From assembly GCA_951406725.2 (NCBI GenBank), contig OX597834.1, positions 37,944,001 to 38,008,000 of the forward strand: 64,000 nucleotides of DNA, given 5' to 3'. The position numbers were made by a program, and so were the translations under genes. The notes below the pieces were generated by a model, which saw only the letters and a list, made by a program, of their open reading frames with translations, searched no databases and was not told the DNA's origin. The DNA comes from Octopus vulgaris (Eukaryota). This document shows positions 12,986-27,435 of the stretch, in pieces (within the stretch, counting starts at the first letter, position 1; every line of letters begins with the position of its first letter).

Positions 12986-14595
12986 AATAGTTACACATAA
13001 TCCATCGTCTTAATCTCAATACATCTTTCTGCATTCTATGGCCGACTTACAAAGATCTAAAAACAGTGTCGACCATATATGTACCAAAACAGAATACACC
13101 ACTGTTCATAAAATATTTACATCTGTTCTCTACATAATGGACTCTCCCTTCGACTTTGACGCATCAGGGGCCAACACCCAACTTTACAGCTCTGAGACTA
13201 CCCACACACATTATATATACATCATATATATATATATATATATATTTCTCTTTTTACTTTAGAGTAAATTCTGACCGGCCACCTACTTCTTGGTAGCAAG
13301 TTTGTGAAGGAAAGTATCTTGATTTAACCGCCATCCTTTAAATATTGAGGTCTTGCTGATTTTTATAGTCCGAGGTATCGAGATCATTTCTAGAATATGA
13401 ATGAAGGATTCGCATTCTCTATGTATGCATGTATGTACGTATGTATGTATGAAATATATCGATAGCTGAAACAAGGCTTAAGTATACTATACTAGGTCGG
13501 TGAGGTGCAATAAGACCAAAACTTGGCCATGGCTGTCCATCCACCCCCACCCCCACCTTACTTTCAAACAATGATCAGATTCTCCTCTTCTAAGTATGTA
13601 ACCTAACTGTAATTTTCTTAAAATTACTTCTTCGAGAATCGCTAACAGTTGCTAATAGGATTTTCCTTGTCTTTTCCATCTGAGTGGCACATTTCAATTA
13701 ATTGAGAACCATTTTTTTATTCTCGTTTTTTTTTTACATCCGTCATTCAATACATTCCTTTTAACTTACCTATCAATCTGGCCACACTGGTGTACCATGC
13801 AATTCTATATTTTCAAATTCCTTTTCACATATTTCAACTAAATCCAGTTTGCCACAAAGGCCAAAGTTTTACACACAGCTTTCTACATCACACATTTATC
13901 AGTTATACACACACAAACGTACACATACAGGTGCACACACAAAGATGTACACAATTACACATACGCACAAACACCTTTTACGCACGCACTTTCTATGAGA
14001 AAACCATTGTTTGCCGCGACACACACAATGAATTAATATTAATACTCTTGTGAAAAGGCAAATATCAACGTCAACCGACTCCATTAATGATAGCGTTGCT
14101 ATATAAATCCGCCATATTGCTGTATAATCAATCCATCGACTGACCTTTCACATAGGAATAATGCCTGAAATACTAGAATTAATAGACTCAGCGTGAAGTG
14201 TCTGCGATGTTGAGAGTGAATATAATGGTCTCAGTAAAGGTAGAGGAAATTATGTGTTCGTGTCCGTATATATGTGTGTATGCGTGTGTGTATACATCTT
14301 TTATATTCTATTTGTTTTAATCATTGGAGACCTGTATTTATTTTGAAGATTGGTATTTATTTTATCGGTTACCTTTTGCCGAACCGCTCATTTAAGAAGG
14401 CGTAAATAAACCAACAACCGTCTAAAAAAATTCCTCTCGTAAGGTTATGGTCGGCCTAAAATTATAATAGAAGACACTTGCATAAAGTGTCACGCAGACG
14501 AACTGAACTCAGAACTATACGGTTGGAAAGCAATCTTCCTACCGCACAGCTACATACATATATTCATAAATAAACGCGCACACCCACACACACAT

Positions 14596-14631
<36 letters not shown>

Positions 14632-15038
14632 CTTTTACTCTTTTACTTGTTTCAGTCATTTGACCGCGGCCATGCTGGAGCACCGCCTTTAGTCGAGCAA
14701 ATCGACCCCGGGACTTATTCTTTGTAAGCCCAGTACTTATTCTATCGGTCTCTTTTGCCGAACCGCTAAGTGACGGGGACGTAAACACACCAGCATCGGT
14801 TGTCAAGCAATGCTAGGGGGACAAACACAGACACACAAACATATACACACACACTTATATATATATACATATATACGACAGGCGTCTTTCAGTTTCCATC
14901 TACCAAATCCACTCACAAGGCATTGGTCGGCCCGGGGCTATAGCAGAAGACACTTGCCCAAGATGCCACGCAGTGGGACTGAACCCGGAACCATGTGGTT
15001 GGTTAGCAAGCTACTTACCACACAGCCACTCCTGCGCC
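14632..15038 (-). mobile_element. SINE family A, full length, young subfamily
   Basis: Near-identical reverse complement of 45848-46255; flanked by TA repeats. Confidence 0.95.
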
Positions 15039-15496
15039 TGTATATATATTGTAATATATATATATTGTATTTGATGTATTTAATATACTTTATATATTGA
15101 TGTTTTTTATTTTGCTTATCCTCACAATTGCTTCCATACGTACATGCTTCAGAATTTATCTGTACTCACGCAGATAGTCAGATGCATGTGTAAGTCTATG
15201 CATCAACTGTGCGCATGCGTGTGTCTATGAGTGTGCTGAAATATACATTCGTACTTATTTGAGCTTTCATGATTTTCATATGCTTGGTAACCATAACCGT
15301 ATATGGTTACCGTTGCTATGTGGTGTGTATATAAGTTTGTGAGTGTTTCGACGTGTATGCATGTGCTGTAAGTTTTTTTGGGAGTATGGACGTGTTTACA
15401 TATAAATACATTTGTATACGTATGAATATCAGCATGCACTCCTTGTGTTTACATATGTGCACATATGTATATATATAAGTATGTATGTAGAAAGAG

Positions 15497-15527
<31 letters not shown>

Positions 15528-15630
15528 GGCGTGAGTGGACGTATGAGCACGAAGTGTGTACATGTGTATGTGCATGTTTGTATAGATGCATATGTATGCG
15601 CATAGAGCCAGTTCAGTGTAGATATATGAG

Positions 15631-15682
<52 letters not shown>

Positions 15683-15750
15683 AAAATATATATTTATATA
15701 TATATGTATATATATATACACACATACATACATATACACACACACACATA

Positions 15751-15800
<50 letters not shown>

Positions 15801-16149
15801 TATGCGAAGGGCTATCAGCTTCCGTCTACCAAATCCACTCACAAAATTTTGGCCGTCCCGAGGTTATAGTAGAAAAACAGTTGCTCCAAAGTGCCATGCA
15901 GTAGGACTGATCCCAGAACCCTATGGTTGGGAAGCAAGCTTCTTACCACACAGCCACACTTGCGCCTATATGTATGTTTTCCTTTGACTTAAATTCAAGT
16001 TCAGGCCGGTCGTTAACAAAGCGACAAGACCTCTTGACTTAAGAGAGTTCCCGGTGTTTGTAAAGACGTTGTTGTGTTGGTGTATTGCTCAATCTGTCGT
16101 GGTACTCACTTTAGTGTATGCATCTATTCATCTAAATTATCCCAGACAG

Positions 16150-16525
16150 GGAATCTTTGGAATGTCTTTTAGGTCTTCACTGTGCCACTAACACACCGGA
16201 CTTGCAGAGTCTGTATGAGTTCTTTTGCTCTTTCTTCGAAAAACCTAATATTCCTTAAGTGTTTGTTTAAATTTATAGGTACGCAGCCTAATGTACCTAT
16301 GATGATACGTGCAAATGAGATGTTATGGTCAGGGTACGAGAGCTGTAAGTTCTGCATTAATTCATCACAAATGTTCTCTTTTTTTCCCTGGACTTTTCAT
16401 GGTGCATTCACATCGAGTGGGCAGCGGACCTTAACGACATAGCATGACTGTTTTTCCCTGTTATGTTTGCACTGAGTTGAGGTCTTGATTGGCGTATTCC
16501 AGCAGTAGTCTTTGTTATTAAAGGT
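16150..16525 (-). mobile_element. Relic C-terminal restriction-like endonuclease region of an RLE non-LTR retrotransposon
   Basis: Minus-strand WNTPIKT..CKHNR..CYVVKVRCPLDVN..K.K....ELMQNLQLSYP...IIIGTLG.VP, with stop and deletion. Confidence 0.7.
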
Positions 16526-17613
16526 TTGAATACATGCTACTTCTGACATGTCTATGTATGTATGTATGCATGTTTGTATGTTTCTATGTATGCATGTATC
16601 TTTGTGTGTATGTAAGTATTTATGTATTATATTCCTATGTATGTATTACGTATGTATGTACGTATGTATGTATGTATGTATGCATGTTTGCATGTATTTA
16701 TGTATATATGTACGTATGTACGTATGTTTGTATGTATGTGTATATACGGATGTATGTATGCATGCATGTATGTACGTATGGATGTACGTACTATGTATGA
16801 ATGCATGTATGTACGTACGTATACATGTATGCATGTACGTACGTACGTATGTATGTATGTATGTATGTATGTATGTATGTATGTATGTATGTATGTATGT
16901 ATGTATGTATGTATTATGTATGTATGCATGTATGCATGCATCTATGTACGTATGTAGATATTTTTCGTGCTTCATATTTCTTTCGCGTGTCATTTAATTT
17001 TGAAAATTTTCTGTGTACATGTAAGCGATTTTATGACGATCTTTCCAGAACAGTTCTGTATTTTAGCATTGTATGTGTGTGCGTGTATGTGTGTGTGTGT
17101 TAGAGAGGGAGCGCGAGAGAGAGAGAGAGAGTGTGTGTGTGTGTGTGTTTATGTGTTCTCAAAATACATCAGGAATAAACAGTAAACCAGAATCCATTAG
17201 ATTGCTCTATAAACTAGTTTTAGGAAGATATAAATTAATATAAGTAGACAAAATTTTAGAAAAGGAAAAATTCAACGCATTTATATTGAGATAACAATGT
17301 ATTTTGCCGAGGCCCAATTGTGTTTGTGGTTAGTGATTGTATTAAGAGAATAACAAGCAAAACCGCTACGAGACAAAAATAACTAAGAAAACTGCCCGGA
17401 TCTTAAACGCAGCCAACAAGATTACGTCGAATGGGCTGCGAAATTTCGGTTGAACTATATAAGAGAAATTCAAATTCACCTGGATTATTCGTTGAGTATT
17501 TTGAAAGTTCCGAATAAAATTATAACGGTATTTCATTGATGCACTCTGAAATAGTTTTTTTTTTTTTTCGATGAATCATAAAGGGAGATTTCAATCATGT
17601 GAATTTAACGTAT

Positions 17614-17655
<42 letters not shown>

Positions 17656-17681
17656 GTCATTATCATCATCATCATCATCAT

Positions 17682-17713
<32 letters not shown>

Positions 17714-17756
17714 CCGTCACCATCACCATCATCACCATCACCATCACCATCATCAC

Positions 17757-17814
<58 letters not shown>

Positions 17815-17857
17815 GTCATCGTCATCATCATCATCATCATCATCATCATCGTCATCG

Positions 17858-17890
<33 letters not shown>

Positions 17891-17933
17891 CCGTCACCAT
17901 CACCATCATTACCATCATCATCACCATCATCAC

Positions 17934-17982
<49 letters not shown>

Positions 17983-18005
17983 GTCATCGTCATCATCGTC
18001 ATCAT
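17614..18005. repeat. (CAT)n microsatellite
   Basis: Directly visible; explains the poly-His ORF. Confidence 0.97.
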
Positions 18006-18562
18006 CTAGTCAGGTGATGATCCGACCGAGCAGTACGGCTTGAGTTTTAGTCGCAATGATGTTTCGCTAGCTGAAAAATCTCATCTGCGCATGTCACGAC
18101 TACAGACGATAGCAGCAGTTCGCAAACTGAACTAACTGAACTGGTTAATCCTGGCTTTTGACAGTTTATAATCTGTTCATCCACTCAGCAGCTAGTGATA
18201 TTTGTCATTAATTCAATAAGTTCCGAAATCCATCTCACCGCATCCACATCCACCTCACTGCATCCCATGATTTCAACGTACCCTAGGTGGATGTTATTTA
18301 ATCCATAGGTTTCAATGACAGGGTCAGAGAGTAGACCTGGGAACAAGAGTGGCTAGGAGGCATTTCCACACTCCTTGAAATGCTGCAGCTTCTGAGCCAG
18401 GGCTCAGTTTCTTGGGGCAGTTTAAAGACCAGCCTAGGACTACGAGAGTATAGAGCCTCGGTAAGTTAGTTAATTTCCATTGATGACGGTTCTTGGTGTG
18501 TGTCAGAGAATAATGCAACCAGTTCGCAAAAGCAATTGTTTCGGCATACCATATTTTTAGAC

Positions 18563-18664
<102 letters not shown>

Positions 18665-19254
18665 CGTGTGTGTGTGTTTATGTTTCTCGTCACCGCTTGA
18701 CTGGCGTCATTTAGCGTTTCGGCAAAAAAAGAGATTGATAGAATAAGGAGCAGGCTTAACAAAAAATTAATTCTTGGAGACGATTCATTCGACCGACAAA
18801 GAAATCCTTCAAGGCACTGCTCCAGCTTGGCCGCAGTCTAATAACTGAAACAAGTAAAAATATATTTTCTACTTCATTACCTACAGAAATGACATACATA
18901 CACTTATAAATACACACATACGCACACACACATATGTTCACATATATATGTAAGTATGCATGCATATATATGTATATACATATATGTATATACATATATA
19001 TATACACACATATATATACATATATATATCGTAGATAAATGCGTAGCTCTACAGACAGATCAGAGAGTCATTCCTTCATATTTCATAGATTGCGGCTAGA
19101 TTTATCTATTTGCCAATGACGTGTGAGCTGTTCAGATTTATGCTATAGATATACGTATAATCTACATGCGTGTGTTTGAGTGAATTATGAGGGAGAGTGT
19201 GTATACGTATGTACTGTAATTAAAGGGGATTTATATGCATATGATTATGTATGA

Positions 19255-19315
<61 letters not shown>

Positions 19316-19364
19316 TATATTTATATATATATATATGTATATATATATATAACTTTTCCTTGCC

Positions 19365-19418
<54 letters not shown>

Positions 19419-19451
19419 TTTATATATATATATATATAAAAACACACACAC

Positions 19452-19620
<169 letters not shown>

Positions 19621-20138
19621 TATATATATATATATATATAGCTAAGAGAAGAGAGTGTGAGAGAGGAAACGAGTGACAAGTAGTGATTGGAAGGCTTTTG
19701 GTTTATGAAGTTATGTCCCTGAAAATCTACCATATATTATCCAAAACTGCAGTGCAAATATATTGATTTCTTAGGGTAAGCAAGGAACGAGGTCAATCTG
19801 TGTACAAATCCAATAGTCTATTGAATCGACTTGAGCATGTTGTTGGACATTTATGTATGGAGGCTCGTAAGGACGCAAAGATAACAAAAAAAAGGAAATG
19901 TGAGTTTCTCGTGCTTCAACGTACGAAACGAAGGCAGGAACGAAATGTCGTTAATGGGGAAAAAACCATTGAGTCTGGTCCTTTTGCGAGTGTATAACGG
20001 TTATCTTTGACGGCGCCATTAACGTGGCATCATCACCCGACGTTTATTTCATCGCTGTCATCATCATCGTCGACGCCATCATCATCGTCGTCGTCGTCGT
20101 CGTCATCGTAATTCTCATCACCATCGTCGTCGTCATCA

Positions 20139-20169
<31 letters not shown>

Positions 20170-20264
20170 CACCAACACCACTACCACTTCCACCACCAAA
20201 ACAACACCATCATCATCATCATCATTACCATCGACATCATCATCATCATCATCATCATCATTAC

Positions 20265-20327
<63 letters not shown>

Positions 20328-20440
20328 AATCATCATCATCGTCATCGTCGTCGTCATCGTCGTAATTCTCATCACCATCGTCGTCATCACCAACACCACT
20401 ACCACTACCACCACTACCACTACCACCACAACAACAACAC

Positions 20441-20473
<33 letters not shown>

Positions 20474-20608
20474 GACAGTATAGATAATTTGTCAACAGAA
20501 ACAAGTCAATGAAATTTGCCGAAATAGCATAAACATTGAATGGAGAAACGCAACGACCTGACGTCAGGGTGAACCACGGCGGAGACTCAACTCGTGGCAT
20601 ACGGCAAC

Positions 20609-20677
<69 letters not shown>

Positions 20678-20878
20678 AGGAGGAGGAGGAGGAGGAGGGC
20701 ATGGGGAAGGTGGTGGAGTGTGGTGGAGCAGGAGTGGGTGGGGGGAGGAGGAAGAGGAAGGAGGAGAAAGAGTGGTGGTGAAGGGGATCGTTGTAATAGT
20801 ACAAGTAGTTGCGGCGGTGATGGTAGTGGTGGAGGTGGTGGTGATGGTGGTGATGGTGGTGGCGACAGTAGCAGCAAC

Positions 20879-20920
<42 letters not shown>

Positions 20921-21245
20921 GGTGGTGGTGGTGGTGGTGGTGGTGGGGTTAGTAGTTGCAGCGGTGGTAGTGGTAGTGGCGGTGTCGGTGGCGGAGTCGG
21001 CGGCGGCGTGCCGTTGTGGTCAGCCGCATGATTATCTCACCGTTTCAAATACCTCTTAATCGTCTCCTTTCTCCGTCAGAAATACGCTCACATGAAACGA
21101 TGCTTATTTTTATATATTTTTTTTCTTCTTCATCCGGATACATACAAAACAACAGATTCTGAATGAGACTGACTTTAGTTATTCATATCGATCCATTGAT
21201 CTCAATAGCTTTCTGGATCTGAATATATTCTCCCCTAGACATAGG

Positions 21246-21347
<102 letters not shown>

Positions 21348-21467
21348 AACGGATGAACGGCAAAAACGTAAAAAGAAAACACTGCAAAGAATTTTATCAT
21401 CTTCTCTTCCCATTCAGCTATCCATGACCGTTACCAAAATAACAATAACAACAACAACAACAATAAG

Positions 21468-21638
21468 AATAAGAATTACATCGGCCTCAGTACTTGACTG
21501 GTACTTAATTTATTGATCCCGAAAGGATGAAAGGCAAAGCCGACTTCGGCGGAATTTGAACTCAGAAAGTAAAGACGAACGAAATACCGTTAAGCATTTT
21601 CCCCGGCGTGCTAACGAGTCTGCCAGCTCGCTACCTTA
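21468..21638 (-). mobile_element. SINE family B (tRNA-like head plus gcctttcatcctttcggg..gataaa central segment)
   Basis: Reverse complement of the 30886 copy; head abuts (AAT)n. Confidence 0.87.
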
Positions 21639-21639
21639 A

Positions 21640-21932
<293 letters not shown>

Positions 21933-22200
21933 AGAACCAAGTTCGTGAACTATGTCAGAGAAATAGGAATTGACATGAGAACAGAGCAGGCCAAAAAAAC
22001 TGCTCTGTTTGGGACAGCTAGGATTTTGAGATTGGTACTTGGATGTTGAATGTCTACCACGATAATTAACAACCAAGTATCAAAGCTTATAATGTGCGGG
22101 AAAAAAAAGACCCTGTGAGACCTCTGGTAGCAGGCTGCTGTCCACTCTCACCAGAATATACAAGAGCAAACAAGGCCGAGCGCTCTGAGAAGTAAAACAA
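21933..22200 (+). mobile_element. 3' end of an R4/Dong-like LINE
   Basis: TKFVNYVREIGIDMRTEQAKKTALFGTARILRLVLGC* matches the QK.ALLGTA.ILR.VL C-terminus; located in an AAT-rich microsatellite context. Confidence 0.8.
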
Positions 22201-22767
22201 TCATAATAGTAAGGAGGAGGAGGAAGGAGGAGGAGATGGATCACAATGACTATGATGATTGTATAAATACGTATGTTCTTGTAAATTTTAAACGCATATA
22301 GACAGGTGTGTATATATTTTATATATGTTGTGAAAGTGTGAAGAAGAAGAAGAAGAAGAAGAAGAAGAAGAAGAAGAAGAAGAAGAAGAAGAAGAAGAAG
22401 AAGAAGAAGAAGAAGAAGAAGAAGAAGAAGAAGAAGATCTTTAAAATGTCGGATTTGGAGGGATGTTCTCTGAAGATCTGTTGGCAGTTCCTAAATAGAT
22501 GACGTTAAATGTTATTCATTAGAAGATTTGGGTGTGAGCCAAAGCAAGAAGGCATGGAATCGGTGTATGAGAGGTTTCCTCTAATAATATCGAAGAATAT
22601 CGCTGCATGTTGGAGACGAACAACAGCTGAATTCTACAGGTGACACAGATATTAACCACTCACATACATACGTATATAAATACATATATATATAAACGGA
22701 TATATGCATATATACATGTGTGTGTGGGGAGTAAGTATGTTGCGTGCGTGTATATATATAGATATAT

Positions 22768-22992
22768 ATTTCTTTACTACCCACAAGGGGCTAATCACAG
22801 AGGGGATAAACAAGGACAGACAAACGGATTAAGTCGATTACATCGACCGCAGTGCGTAACTGGTACTTAATTTATCGACCCCCGAAAGGATGAAAGGCAA
22901 AGTCGACCTCGGCGGAATTTGAACTCGGAACGTAATGACAGATGAAATACGGCTACGCATTTCGCCCGGCGTGCTAACGTTTCTGCCAGCTC
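22768..22992 (-). mobile_element. SINE family B, young monomer
   Basis: Near-identical reverse complement of about 30895-31120 including the tail ccccttgtgggtagtaaagaaata. Confidence 0.92.
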
Positions 22993-23084
22993 GACGCGTG
23001 TATATATATAGATATATATGTGTGTGTGTGTGTTTATATGTGTGTATGTGCGTCAGTGTGTGTTCGTGCGTCTGTCTATATATA

Positions 23085-23301
23085 CGAAGGGGTGTTGAAA
23101 AGTTCCTGTTTTTGGGTAACAAGAAATACAGGCGGATCAGTTAATTATGATTTTATTCAACATATTCCCCTCCCAGATTCACACATCAATGGCAGCGGTC
23201 TTCCAGTTTTTCTAAGCCACATAAAAGAACTCGGGAAGTTGGACCACCAGCTAGGCCTTTTGTGCTACCCTTAAAGACATGAACTTTCCAGCATCCATTC
23301 A
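23085..23301. mobile_element. Mariner-type MITE, copy 3 (opposite orientation)
   Basis: cgaaggggtgttgaaaagttcctg TIR; interior is the reverse complement of 1388-1602. Confidence 0.83.
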
Positions 23302-23435
23302 TACGTATGTATGTATGTATGAATGTATGTATGTATGTATGTATGTATGTATGTATGTATGTATGTATGCATGTATGAATGTATGTATGTATGTATGTAT
23401 GTATGTATGTATGTATATATTTATATATATGTATG

Positions 23436-23521
<86 letters not shown>

Positions 23522-23524
<3 letters not shown>

Positions 23525-24028
23525 GTGTTTCTAGCACATATTTCGCCTTAATGTACTGATATATGAATAATATATGGCTTGTGCTAGAAATACCAGCGAT
23601 AATAATTAATTTTATTTTATCGCAATTTGACTTGTTTACATATTTCTCGATAAATTTTGAGCGTTAGACAATATACCAGAAATCCCTAGTTTTGTCGGGA
23701 CGTTCTGAGTCTGCGCAGTGATCTGATTAGTTAGAGAGAGCAAATCATTAGAAGCACATGCTTCTAGTGAGTTAGGATCTCAGAACAACAGGGTTCTTAC
23801 CGATGAATTCTCCCTGAGCAAATTTATTATCTTTATTGCTGAAAAGAACGAAACTGCAGTCTAAGAGGAACCGAGTTAGTAAATGTTTTTATTTTCATCT
23901 CACTAAATTTATCTAGCTTCTGTGTTTCTAGCACATATTTCGCCTTAATGTACTGATATATGAATAATATATGGCTTGTGCTAGAAATACCAGCGATAAT
24001 AATTAATTTTATTTTATCGCAATTTGAC
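23522..24028 (+). mobile_element. Hammerhead-containing element with identical 110-bp direct repeats (Penelope pseudo-LTR or retrozyme-like)
   Basis: 23522-23631 identical to 23919-24028; period 397 bp; (TA)n on both sides. Confidence 0.75.
23792..23872 (+). ncRNA. Type I hammerhead-like motif with CCGAUGA core
   Basis: Stem I tctta/taaga; CCGATGA 23800-23806; stem II ttct/agaa plus agcaa/ttgct; GAAAC-TGCA-GTC 23850-23861 (palindromic ACTGCAGT). Confidence 0.7.
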
Positions 24029-24056
24029 GTTTATATATATATATATATATATATAT

Positions 24057-24183
<127 letters not shown>

Positions 24184-24184
24184 C

Positions 24185-24258
<74 letters not shown>

Positions 24259-24269
24259 ATATATATATA

Positions 24270-24515
24270 TTCTTTTATTCTTTCATTCTTTTACTTGTTT
24301 CAGTCATTTTTACTGCGGTCATGCTGGAGCACCGCCTTGAGTCGAAGAAATCTACTCTAGGACTAAATTCTTTGTATGCCAAGTAATTATTCTATCTCCC
24401 TGTTGTTGCCGAACTGCTAAGTTACGGGGATGTAAACGCACCAGCATCGGTTGTCAAGCGATATTGGGGGGGGGACAAACACAAACACACAAACATAAAC
24501 ACATACATACATACA

Positions 24516-24565
<50 letters not shown>

Positions 24566-24655
24566 CAACGGGCTTCTTTCAGTTTCCGTCTACCAGATCC
24601 ACCCACAAGACTTTGGTTGACCCCGGGCTTTGGTAGAAGACACTTGCCCAAGGTG
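24270..24655 (-). mobile_element. SINE family A, 5'-truncated
   Basis: Homologous to other copies. Confidence 0.87.
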
Positions 24656-24820
24656 TATAGCTCTTTTATCTTTTTTACATTTTACGTTTTATATTTTAAT
24701 TTGTTTTCGTTTTCCGTTTTTTTTTAATATTCCGCTTTTTGTATATGCTGCCTTCACAGTTTTTTCACGTTTCTTCTCTTATTCGTCTTTTTTTTTTAGT
24801 TCGTTATGATTATGTGGTTT

Positions 24821-24874
24821 GTGTCTGATGAATATGTTTGAGGTATTTCTCAACGTATGAAACTATTCTAGCAC
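24821..24874 (+). ncRNA. Degenerate hammerhead-like motif
   Basis: CTGATGA 24825-24831; stem II atatgtttgag/ctcaacgtat; GAAAC 24859-24863; stem III and cleavage site imperfect (tattc). Confidence 0.5.
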
Positions 24875-24922
24875 TCCAAGATATCTATTATATCCTTTAA
24901 ATAAATAATACACACACACGTT

Positions 24923-25135
24923 GAGGTGCCTGGTTAAATAGTTAAGGCGTTGTACTCATGATCTTAGGGTTGTGATTTCAATTTCTAGACCGTACAATGT
25001 GTTGTACTCTTGTGCATAACACTTCATTTCATGCTGTTCCTATCCACTCACCTGGCGGTCGGTGGGGGCGGATATGTACGCTACAAAATCCTGGAAACCG
25101 GCCTAACGAGCATATGGCTCAGAAGGGAACCTTTC
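24923..25135 (+). mobile_element. Old diverged tRNA/CORE-like SINE related to family C
   Basis: Degenerate head and tgttgtactcttgtgcataacacttcatttcatgctgttcc, similar to the reverse complement of 11190-11240. Confidence 0.55.
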
Positions 25136-25417
25136 TGACATACACACGTGCGCGCGCGCGTATGTGTAAACCAGGAGACACAGACACGGATTCACACACA
25201 GGCACGTACATACACACACGTACACTCGTACAGAGACCCAAGCACAAACCGTATTGCTCTCTATCTCTCTCCTCCTTTCTCTCTATTTATCTCCATCTCT
25301 ACGTCTTTCTTGCTCTCGCTCTCTCTCTCTCTCTCTCCTACAGACACACACACACACACGTGTACATATATATATATGTGTGTGTGTGTGTGTGTATGCA
25401 CACACACACACACACAT

Positions 25418-25450
<33 letters not shown>

Positions 25451-26445
25451 AAATCTCACATCCCTCATTTTATGACACACACATATGTATGTATGTATGT
25501 ATGTATGTATATGTGTGTGTGAGTGTGTGCGTGTGTGTGTGTGTGAATGTACGTATGTATGTGTATGTATAAATGTACATATACCAACTCATACTATTTG
25601 TAAACCGCACGCTCACACACAATTCTAATGATCTATAGTATAAATCGGCAAATTTGAGCCAATACTGTGCATGTAAATTAAAGTTAATTAAATATTGTGA
25701 ACAATTGTAAACATCTCTTATACAATCTCTCTGCAGGCAGGGAAGGCAGGTTTAGTTCGACCTATTTTATTCCTATATTGTGATGTCATCAGGGACAGAG
25801 CACTTGCCCAGCTACATTGTGCGTATGTGTGTGTGTATATATATATATGACCACTATTATTAAGGATTCATAACATCGGATAAACTGATTTGTGCAAATA
25901 AATTAGTCTTTGTAGCTATTTTGTTCAATAAATTACTGATGCGTTAAGTAATGTTTATTTTGATGTTGTAATGTATAATAGAAAATCTCCGAGATTTCAG
26001 CCGACTCTGCGGCTGTAATTTAAACTGAATTAAATGCCAGACAGTTGTAAATAATTGTTTTTTATAAACTCTTTTTCTGTGGACAGAAATAGATACATCA
26101 TTCCCAAAGGATTGAATCCGATTTAGACGGTGCTGTACGCCACATAATTGTGCCTACGTCTTAATCAGTAGTTAAGAGTATTCCTTTAAGGGAAATGTGC
26201 CAGACAGAGCTCACTTAATTCGCATATTATTAAAATATTTGAGTGGATGGTGAGATCAAAAGGAACAACATTCTCTTCCATTCCCACTGCGCATAGTTTT
26301 CGATGTAATAAAAGCAGCTTTAAAACTGCTTCTACACCACATTCTCAATATTTAAAATGTATCGAGAAGGGTTCGATCTTATCTGTCCATAAACCGCTTT
26401 TCTCTTTCACTTCCCTCTCTAGTTTTTCTTTTATATATGTTTTTT

Positions 26446-26481
26446 TTTTCTGACGAAGGACTAGCGTCTGAAACGTCAAGA
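26446..26481 (+). ncRNA. Minimal type I hammerhead motif
   Basis: CTGACGA-aggac tagc gtct-GAAAC-GTC-aaga: canonical core, ACGT palindromic stem III, weak stem I tttt/aaga. Confidence 0.72.
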
Positions 26482-26994
26482 CTCTTTCTTTTCCTTTTAA
26501 TCGTTAGACTAATACAACAGGTGTTAAAACGTGTCCCTCTTGTGCTGTCTTCTTTCTTATTGTGTTCATTGCTTTCATCATATACATACATGTGTGTGTG
26601 TGTGTGTGTGGTAAATATTCTCTGTCGGCCACTCTTCTGTTATGTGACCTTTGTAAGACGGTGATGAGTTTTGTTGAAGCATGCATGGCCTATTGCGTAC
26701 TTCACCCATCAAGGGCCTAAAAACCATCACCTCACCTTATCCAGCATTATCAATTCTAAGACGCTGGAACGATGTGAGGTAGCATATGATAACGATGACT
26801 GCATGTCTTTACATTTTTTTGCGTTAACTTTTTTGTTCCAGGGTATCTGAAAGAGATGAACACTTTTTAATTGGTTTGAAGAGACTAATATACTGATAAT
26901 TAAATGTCATCAAATATCCATTGCACACTGTAGAAACTCTAGCTCTACATTTATCCAAAGAGATTTTATTTATGCTACAATGTGAGGGCTATGT

Positions 26995-27435
26995 CTACCC
27001 TGTGTTAATGTGCAGAAATGAGGTATGGTCTATAACATCAGAAATGAAGAGGTGCTGTGCGTGGTAGCTGTGAAATGTGGTTCTTGAGGAGAATATTAAG
27101 GACAGCGTGGACAAAGTGTCTAATGGAGAAGTGGTGACCCGGCCTGCGGTAAATAGGAAACTGTTTCTTGAGATATGGGTCAAGCAATTGAGTTTTCTTG
27201 GCCATATGATAAGAAAAGAGGGCGTGGAGATTTTACTGGTGACCAAAAGGATTGAAAAGAAGTGAAGCAAAGGAATTGGAAGTATGATATGGATGTCAAA
27301 TTTGACGAAATGGTTGGAAGAAAGGTTTATTAAACATCAAGAAGTGGAACTGTTACAGAAAACAAAGCAGGGAGAATTGTAACAAGACATGACTGCTTAT
27401 GCCCTTTATTCTGGACTTGGTACCTAAAGAAAGAC
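26995..27435 (+). mobile_element. RTE-clade LINE 3' relic
   Basis: PVLM..NEVWSI...; DKVSNGEVV.R..VNRKL..EI..KQLSFLGHMIRKEG.E typical of the RTE ORF C-terminus; frameshifts and stops. Confidence 0.78.

Noticed and set aside
14810-15100. Near-identical peptide also encoded at 45802-46077, suggesting a gene family
   Set aside because: Both are antisense readings of young SINE A copies
18048-18105. Minus-strand CAGATGA...GAAACATC inside a tagtcg/cgacta stem
   Set aside because: Core mutated and no convincing stem II or III
25737-25749. 13-nt micro-exon after tctctctgcag
   Set aside because: Weak donor (gtttag), frame-shifting length, no other support
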